38,479 nucleotides of DNA from Sphacelaria rigidula (Eukaryota): assembly GCA_964200075.2 (NCBI GenBank), contig CAXNAA020000014.1, forward strand, positions 1-38,479, read 5' to 3'. Under the pieces are notes generated by a model. The model made no database searches. It saw only the letters and a program-made list of their open reading frames with translations, and had not been told where the DNA came from. The translations under genes were made by a program, and so were the position numbers. Shown piece by piece: positions 36,101 through 38,479 of the stretch. Each line of letters starts with the position of its first letter. Position 1 is the first letter of the stretch.

Positions 36101-37465
36101 CGAAAAATCTGCGAGTTTCTTGTCCCCTCCTCCAATGTCCTACGACAAGTACGTGGAGCATATTGACACCACCATGGGGGCCGACACGCCCATCGCCTTC
36201 GGTCTGCACCCCAACGCAGAGATTGATTTCCGAACGCAGCAGTCGGACACCATGTTCAAGACGCTCATGGAGCTCCAACCTCGTGATGCAGCGTCGGGGG
36301 AGGGCGTGATGTCTCCGGAGCAAATGGTGGGCGGGTTGGCGGAGGTTATATTGGACAAATACGGGGAGAAGAAGTTCGATGTTGAGGATATCGGACGATC
36401 GCTTGAGGAGGCTGGGCCTTACCAGAACGTGTTTATGCAGGTATACGGGTGGAGCAATTCTGAATGACCGGCCGTAGCTCCCATGTTTATCATGAAAACA
36501 CGAGTACTTGGATGCAACCGTCAAGAATACCCTTATAGGCGAGCAACCTACACACGGCGTGCTAACGCGAGGATCGTGGGCAGTACATACGTGCTTATAT
36601 CAGACGTTGTCCTTTGTTCCTCAACATACTCCGTACCGCGACACTGGTGGAGGGGCGTGTTCGACCCGAAAAGATGTCGAAACGCACACGTCTCACTTTT
36701 GCCCACTGAAATTGACAGGAAATGGATGTAATGAATACTCTCCTCGTGGAGATCGTGAGATCGCTGAAGGAACTTCAGCTAGGATTCGCAGGGGAACTTA
36801 CTATGTCGGATGCCATGGAAGGCCTCATGGACGCGCTTTTCATGGACAAGGCAAGATATCTTATCGTGGACCTTATCGTGTACAGTAGGTGGACCTATAT
36901 GAGGTACGGGTGTGTCCAGAAAGAAAACATAATTTACTTTGCTGTAGGTCACCATATTTTATTCAGAGATCGCACCTGCACTAAATCCTAATACTTACAG
37001 AAGCGGCGTACCCGCCAACTGCGTACGTTCTGCACGTCTAATTCTTTGCATGGGGAAAGAGTTTATATTGGACCACCTACTGCATCAGAATCTTGGTCGG
37101 ATAGTACACGGAGTGACAGCTTCGTTTTTCACGGAAAACAGCGTGCCTCCCCATGTGTTTAGCTTGTGCTGCGCTATCCGACGTGTGTTCAACGAAACCC
37201 CACGTGGCGAGTGAACATGATAATAATGAGCTTACAAAGAGCATGCTGCTTCTGTTTGTGTCTTGGCAAAGTTGAGGATCACGTAATACGCGCCCAACCA
37301 AAGTCCGTAGCTCAGGGTGCTCACTATATATCGACTGCGCTACGACAGGTCCCGGCCACGTGGGCAAAGCGGGCCTGGCCAAGCCTACGAGCGTTGGGAA
37401 GCTGGCTGGTAGACTTCACACTGCGATTGACCCAGCTTGAGGAGTGGCAAAATAACCCCATGGAG
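1817..37465 (+). CDS. ODA4: Axonemal outer-arm dynein heavy chain, beta type (ODA4/DNAH9-11-17 class); 62 exons in window, 5' and 3' ends outside window
   Basis: Exons splice in phase into 4,135 codons with no stop. Four P-loops are present: [35 protein letters not shown]1 carries CFDEFNRI and [21 protein letters not shown]. The tail motif [23 protein letters not shown] is beta-type. Stalk PPAGVDKVT, AAA5 [12 protein letters not shown] and AAA6 SMGQGQ / [11 protein letters not shown] are also present. Dynein identity is near certain; the beta-subclass call rests on recalled motifs. Confidence 0.93.
2430..2537 (+). CDS. Dynein HC exon 2 (tail)
   Basis: tag|[15 protein letters not shown]...PKLLE|gt. 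Confidence 0.9.
2916..3209 (+). CDS. Dynein HC exon 3 (tail)
   Basis: cag|[25 protein letters not shown]...NPWRIQ|gt. Confidence 0.92.
3326..3475 (+). CDS. Dynein HC exon 4 (tail)
   Basis: cag|[15 protein letters not shown]...EVGGTKG...VKQ|gt. Confidence 0.92.
3781..3858 (+). CDS. Dynein HC exon 5 (tail)
   Basis: cag|[12 protein letters not shown]...[10 protein letters not shown]|gt. Confidence 0.9.
4054..4212 (+). CDS. Dynein HC exon 6 (tail)
   Basis: cag|FDDDFYEFR...LLERPIIQ|gt. Confidence 0.92.
4445..4684 (+). CDS. Dynein HC exon 7 (tail)
   Basis: cag|DELEKKY...[11 protein letters not shown]...EVAK|gt. Confidence 0.92.
5010..5456 (+). CDS. Dynein HC exon 8 (tail)
   Basis: cag|VYATIIASL...[16 protein letters not shown]...SMEQ|gt. 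Confidence 0.92.
5718..5903 (+). CDS. Dynein HC exon 9 (tail)
   Basis: cag|VTAVHEVM...WDRPLMERK...EGGK|gt. Confidence 0.9.
6338..6490 (+). CDS. Dynein HC exon 10 (tail)
   Basis: cag|EIHNMLKEN...[15 protein letters not shown]...LLDQ|gt. Confidence 0.9.
6872..6964 (+). CDS. Dynein HC exon 11 (tail)
   Basis: cag|[19 protein letters not shown]...FQPQ|gt. Confidence 0.87.
7189..7314 (+). CDS. Dynein HC exon 12 (tail)
   Basis: cag|[12 protein letters not shown]...FKRLD...REMQ|gt. Confidence 0.88.
7631..7752 (+). CDS. Dynein HC exon 13 (tail)
   Basis: cag|SDTEVQML...FSYLWLTD(M)|gt, phase-2 end. Confidence 0.87.
7820..8289. mobile_element. MITE-like element with Stowaway/Tc1-mariner-like TIRs
   Basis: Left end ctttctctgtcccgta (7820) and right end tatgggacagaggaag (8274-8289) are inverted repeats. 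The same TIR recurs at 38412. The element is flanked by the direct repeat tatgcg. Confidence 0.55.
8421..8558 (+). CDS. Dynein HC exon 14 (tail)
   Basis: tag|[11 protein letters not shown]...[13 protein letters not shown]...KKLI|gt. Confidence 0.87.
8721..8832 (+). CDS. Dynein HC exon 15 (tail)
   Basis: cag|[18 protein letters not shown]...[14 protein letters not shown]|gt. Confidence 0.88.
9064..9165 (+). CDS. Dynein HC exon 16 (tail)
   Basis: cag|[11 protein letters not shown]...DNLMK|gt. Confidence 0.87.
9431..9571 (+). CDS. Dynein HC exon 17 (tail)
   Basis: tag|[10 protein letters not shown]...MFEPL...KDVQ|gt. Confidence 0.87.
9742..9834 (+). CDS. Dynein HC exon 18 (tail)
   Basis: cag|[10 protein letters not shown]...PMQMAE|gt. 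Confidence 0.88.
10120..11101 (+). CDS. Dynein HC exon 19 (neck/linker, DHC_N2)
   Basis: cag|VDALKEEL...[17 protein letters not shown]...LESIF...DIRSQLPD|gt; 982 nt. Confidence 0.95.
11459..11640 (+). CDS. Dynein HC exon 20 (linker)
   Basis: cag|(D)[12 protein letters not shown]...[14 protein letters not shown]|gt. Confidence 0.92.
11869..12042 (+). CDS. Dynein HC exon 21 (linker)
   Basis: cag|[17 protein letters not shown]...VNEM|gt. Confidence 0.92.
12124..12171. repeat. (TG)24 microsatellite in intron
   Basis: Perfect TG dinucleotide run. Confidence 0.97.
12365..13957 (+). CDS. Dynein HC exon 22 (linker end, entire AAA1, AAA2 Walker A)
   Basis: cag|IAKDRE...[12 protein letters not shown]...[14 protein letters not shown]...CFDEFNRI...HYDWGLR...[12 protein letters not shown]|gt; 1593 nt. 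Confidence 0.97.
14041..14080. repeat. Short 10-bp tandem repeat (aaaccgcgtg-like x4)
   Basis: aaatcccgcg aaaccgcctg aaaccgcgtg aaaccgcgtg. Confidence 0.7.
14260..14338 (+). CDS. Dynein HC exon 23 (AAA2)
   Basis: cag|TLAGTHN...VNPKAVT|gt. Confidence 0.9.
14478..14575 (+). CDS. Dynein HC exon 24 (AAA2)
   Basis: cag|(G)DELYGYM...[12 protein letters not shown]...SDQ|gt. Confidence 0.92.
15062..15160 (+). CDS. Dynein HC exon 25 (AAA2)
   Basis: cag|[33 protein letters not shown]|gt. Confidence 0.93.
15387..15519 (+). CDS. Dynein HC exon 26 (AAA2)
   Basis: tag|[10 protein letters not shown]...[17 protein letters not shown]|gt. Confidence 0.93.
15874..16034 (+). CDS. Dynein HC exon 27 (AAA2 lid)
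   Basis: tag|(D)[10 protein letters not shown]...LFEKYI...VLNK|gt. Confidence 0.9.
16147..16298 (+). CDS. Dynein HC exon 28
   Basis: aag|[12 protein letters not shown]...[11 protein letters not shown]...DDYR|gt. Confidence 0.88.
16590..16707 (+). CDS. Dynein HC exon 29
   Basis: cag|KFSEEF...[10 protein letters not shown]...DWSTK|gt. Confidence 0.9.
17028..17221 (+). CDS. Dynein HC exon 30 (AAA3 Walker A)
   Basis: cag|LPEYQP...[12 protein letters not shown]...YLR|gt. Confidence 0.9.
17480..17558 (+). CDS. Dynein HC exon 31 (AAA3)
   Basis: cag|(S)LDKDADG...[14 protein letters not shown]|gtaag. Confidence 0.9.
17912..18109 (+). CDS. Dynein HC exon 32 (AAA3)
   Basis: cag|[17 protein letters not shown]...[16 protein letters not shown]...FRKE|gt. 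Confidence 0.93.
18166..18420 (+). mobile_element. Degenerate tRNA-headed (SINE-like) element, copy A
   Basis: Starts gccacgg. A T-arm-like hairpin gcggc-TTCGATT-gccgt sits at tRNA-like spacing, followed by a T7 run and three motifs shared with the element at 38095. 3' end approximate. Confidence 0.5.
19122..20066. mobile_element. Possible decayed non-autonomous DNA transposon (TA-rich body, imperfect CCCT...AGGG TIRs)
   Basis: ccctagacgagataatat matches the reverse complement of the right end, ccctgggcgataaaatat, at 14/18. The body is conspicuously rich in ATAT. No TSD found. Confidence 0.3.
19232..19259. repeat. Interrupted (AT)n microsatellite
   Basis: atatatatatatatatgtatatatatat. Confidence 0.9.
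20207..20434 (+). CDS. Dynein HC exon 33 (AAA3)
   Basis: cag|[27 protein letters not shown]...IHSL|gt. Confidence 0.9.
20777..20866 (+). CDS. Dynein HC exon 34 (AAA3 lid)
   Basis: cag|[30 protein letters not shown]|gt. Confidence 0.92.
21134..21292 (+). CDS. Dynein HC exon 35
   Basis: tag|ADQDTY...[14 protein letters not shown]...SEFQ|gt. Confidence 0.92.
21510..21683 (+). CDS. Dynein HC exon 36 (AAA4 start)
   Basis: tag|ADVFKRP...[18 protein letters not shown]|gt. Confidence 0.9.
21883..22104. repeat. Solo ~220-bp copy of the unit forming the 32345-32787 palindrome
   Basis: Colinear shared blocks: agccgatcat, gaggatg, ttaaaatcttcg, atatggttccattccttca, ctggtagcta, ggggtcctag, gtgatccg. 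Confidence 0.9.
22153..22308 (+). CDS. Dynein HC exon 37 (AAA4 Walker A)
   Basis: cag|[10 protein letters not shown]...[15 protein letters not shown]...SKFK|gt. Confidence 0.93.
22600..22764 (+). CDS. Dynein HC exon 38 (AAA4)
   Basis: tag|VEDLKEAL...[21 protein letters not shown]...LFAK|gt. Confidence 0.92.
23012..23171 (+). CDS. Dynein HC exon 39 (AAA4)
   Basis: cag|[15 protein letters not shown]...[17 protein letters not shown]|gt. Confidence 0.92.
23929..24107 (+). CDS. Dynein HC exon 40 (AAA4)
   Basis: cag|(R)[24 protein letters not shown]...SVTK|gt. Confidence 0.92.
24370..24585 (+). CDS. Dynein HC exon 41 (AAA4/stalk CC1)
   Basis: cag|[24 protein letters not shown]...TMVK|gt. Confidence 0.92.
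24843..24909 (+). CDS. Dynein HC exon 42 (stalk CC1)
   Basis: aag|[22 protein letters not shown]|gt. Confidence 0.85.
25242..25447 (+). CDS. Dynein HC exon 43 (stalk/MTBD); GC donor
   Basis: cag|(E)KQQAAA...AEPAM...[14 protein letters not shown]|gcaag. Confidence 0.88.
25812..25912 (+). CDS. Dynein HC exon 44 (MTBD)
   Basis: cag|VTKAVLIL...[16 protein letters not shown]|gt. Confidence 0.9.
26478..26649 (+). CDS. Dynein HC exon 45 (MTBD)
   Basis: cag|(S)LVAFRGE...[13 protein letters not shown]...IYVK|gt. Confidence 0.9.
26865..26999 (+). CDS. Dynein HC exon 46 (stalk CC2); GC donor
   Basis: tag|VKPLMDSL...LQDKFME|gcaag. Confidence 0.87.
27506..27752 (+). CDS. Dynein HC exon 47 (CC2 end)
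   Basis: cag|ATEEK...[15 protein letters not shown]...LVGDCML...SYVGAF...WTP|gt. Confidence 0.92.
28138..28319 (+). CDS. Dynein HC exon 48 (AAA5)
   Basis: cag|(D)IEERKIP...[13 protein letters not shown]...[11 protein letters not shown]|gt. Confidence 0.92.
28541..28731 (+). CDS. Dynein HC exon 49 (AAA5)
   Basis: aag|GIKWLRKRE...[16 protein letters not shown]...KKG(R)|gt. Confidence 0.92.
29045..29156 (+). CDS. Dynein HC exon 50 (AAA5)
   Basis: cag|[37 protein letters not shown]|gt. Confidence 0.92.
29600..29725 (+). CDS. Dynein HC exon 51 (AAA5); GC donor
   Basis: cag|[18 protein letters not shown]...ERPELE...AFNQ|gcaag. Confidence 0.9.
30106..30216 (+). CDS. Dynein HC exon 52 (strut/buttress)
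   Basis: cag|[16 protein letters not shown]...LIEGLEATK|gt. Confidence 0.92.
30559..30689 (+). CDS. Dynein HC exon 53
   Basis: cag|AAAKEI...INVARELYR...MLYFLLTK(L)|gt. Confidence 0.9.
31200..31491 (+). CDS. Dynein HC exon 54; GC donor
   Basis: cag|[14 protein letters not shown]...[11 protein letters not shown]...GPRKQ|gcaag. Confidence 0.9.
31924..32096 (+). CDS. Dynein HC exon 55
   Basis: cag|[14 protein letters not shown]...PETEKLPLD(W)|gt. Confidence 0.9.
32345..32787. repeat. ~443-bp imperfect palindrome (foldback / inverted dimer of a ~220-bp unit)
   Basis: Arms are reverse complements along their length, e.g. cattccttcacctactggtagctattgat vs atcaatagctaccagtaggtgaaggaatg. Centre is ccgatcgg at 32562-32569 with no spacer. 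Confidence 0.93.
32977..33130 (+). CDS. Dynein HC exon 56; GC donor
   Basis: cag|[22 protein letters not shown]...LNSFQ|gcaag. Confidence 0.88.
33881..34039 (+). CDS. Dynein HC exon 57 (AAA6)
   Basis: cag|ILEESL...[12 protein letters not shown]...HNVSMGQGQ|gt. Confidence 0.92.
34471..34764 (+). CDS. Dynein HC exon 58 (AAA6)
   Basis: cag|DVVAM...[16 protein letters not shown]...[14 protein letters not shown]...IEE|gt. Confidence 0.93.
35396..35613 (+). CDS. Dynein HC exon 59 (AAA6 lid)
   Basis: tag|[17 protein letters not shown]...ERK.YGP.G.N..YPF...[13 protein letters not shown](M)|gt. Confidence 0.92.
35987..36440 (+). CDS. Dynein HC exon 60 (AAA6 lid / C-terminal)
   Basis: aag|[13 protein letters not shown]...FGLHPNAEI...PYQNVFMQ|gt. 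Confidence 0.93.
36719..36850 (+). CDS. Dynein HC exon 61 (C-terminal); GC donor
   Basis: cag|EMDVMNTLL...[10 protein letters not shown]...LFMDK|gcaag. Confidence 0.9.
37349..37465 (+). CDS. Dynein HC exon 62 (C-terminal; gene continues beyond window)
   Basis: cag|[19 protein letters not shown]...WQNNPME|gt. Confidence 0.92.
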
Positions 37466-37570
37466 GTGAGCAGAACTGCACAAATCGAAGATTCGCTGAG
37501 TTCAACGTTAATGCTGCCGTTTATGCGGAATGTTTTTCAACAACCAAGTCCAGTACTAGCAGGCATCTGT

Positions 37571-37779
37571 TTGGTGTAAATCTTTTTCCGTGTCACAACT
37601 CGAATCTCGTCATATTTCGGAGTCAAAATTCCCCACGTTTTCACCCCACAAGAACACAAAGGCTGCAAATATTTGGTCAACTACAAATAGTTGTCTTTGG
37701 GGCTCTTGCAGGGTGCACAAGCAAGGAAGTTTGGCTCCGATATTCGGTGAGGTTTGACTTGTGATGAGATTTACACCAA
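37571..37779. repeat. ~209-bp degenerate foldback (MITE-like / hairpin) in last intron
   Basis: Ends ttggtgtaaatct / agatttacaccaa form a perfect 13-bp IR. Further paired blocks: tcggagtcaaa/tttggctccga, caccc/gggtg, caaga/tcttg, tatttg/caaata, around a short loop near 37680. Confidence 0.8.
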
Positions 37780-38094
37780 CAAAGAATGCTTGCTTGCAAT
37801 GGCCCTTAGCCCATTGATCACGACCCCCTTAGATCGCCTGAGATCGTCTATGATCAACCTGGCGTTCGGAACTACCGTTTCCCAGGTAGCACAGCAGGCC
37901 TAGTATCATGAACAACCGGATACTGAGCACGTGGACATAACTCGGAGCAGTAGAACTCCTCACCATGAGCCAAGCCAATTATGTTTACGTTTTGCTTAGC
38001 CATCTTCGTCGTGTAGGCGCTTCCATCATTTGCAAGTGATGCACACTGGATACCAAAACTGCTGCGATGTACGTGGACCATATAACGCCGCCGC

Positions 38095-38409
38095 GCCCCG
38101 GTGGTGTGATGGTCCGACTGTCGCCATGAGGGTGGAGAGAACGGGGGTTTGATTCCCGACGGGTTGGGTTTTTTCTTCGTAATGTACGAAGTATGATTTC
38201 CACCGTGAAAAGCGTGAGAACGTGAGTAAACAAAGTAGTCGACTGGGTTTGTGTGACGTGGGTTGACGCGGTGCGGAAGTGCTGTCCCAATCCGCTAGAC
38301 CAAAATGAAAGGCACGTACCGAGGGAGAAATGGGTTGATACCTTGAGACCACGGACTCATCCCGAGGAAGTGGAGGGGCTCAAAGTGTGAGGAAATACTT
38401 CGAAGTATA
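38095..38409 (+). mobile_element. tRNA-headed (SINE-like) element, copy B
   Basis: A-box-like TGGTGTGATGG (38102-38112) and B-box-like GGTTTGATTCC (38146-38156) at tRNA spacing, without a valid cloverleaf. Followed by a T6 run and a body with motifs shared with the 18166 copy. 3' end approximate. Confidence 0.6.
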
Positions 38410-38479
38410 TACTTCCTCTGTCCCATAAGTCTGTATCGTTATGTTTGTACGAGCCCTTAACGATGTCCGACTTGATTTT
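38410..38479 (+). mobile_element. Left end of a Stowaway-like TIR element (runs off window)
   Basis: TA + cttcctctgtcccataag; tacttcctctgtcccata is the exact reverse complement of 8274-8291. Confidence 0.5.

Noticed and set aside
38095..38168. Functional tRNA gene
   Set aside because: A/B boxes are present, but the acceptor and anticodon stems do not pair and the T-stem is partial. Treated as a tRNA-derived head.
38270..38390. Resemblance of the shared motifs to group I intron P/Q/R elements or RNase P CR-V
   Set aside because: No S element, P-Q spacing too short, and no P4-type complementary partner. Only an Rfam/Infernal search could revive this.
1..38479. CRISPR array, operon, prokaryotic defence system or pseudogenisation of the dynein
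   Set aside because: No regularly spaced repeats and no prokaryotic gene organisation. Apparent stops and frameshifts all resolve as spliceosomal introns.

Overview
Eukaryotic genomic DNA, not prokaryotic. Intron density and splice-site style suggest a stramenopile, probably a brown alga (inference). Almost the whole window is the interior of one + strand gene for an axonemal outer-arm dynein heavy chain of the beta type (Chlamydomonas ODA4 / vertebrate DNAH9/11/17 class). I reconstructed 62 coding exons by hand from 1817 to 37465. They total 12,405 nt (4,135 codons) and splice into one open frame running through the tail, linker, AAA1-AAA4, stalk/MTBD, AAA5, AAA6 and the start of the C-terminal domain. 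Start and stop codons lie outside the window. Nearly all ORFs in the supplied track are exon+intron read-throughs or antisense shadows. The unusual signals are in the splice sites and introns: (i) six GC-AG introns, all AG|GCAAG and all in the 3' third of the gene; (ii) two distant tRNA-headed elements that share a conserved downstream motif set and a T-tract; (iii) a ~220-bp unit found both alone and as a spacer-less ~443-bp inverted dimer, plus an unrelated ~209-bp foldback; (iv) Stowaway-like terminal inverted repeats, one pair enclosing a possible nested insertion; (v) a decayed LINE remnant. I found no evidence of a novel multi-gene system. All alignments were done by eye.
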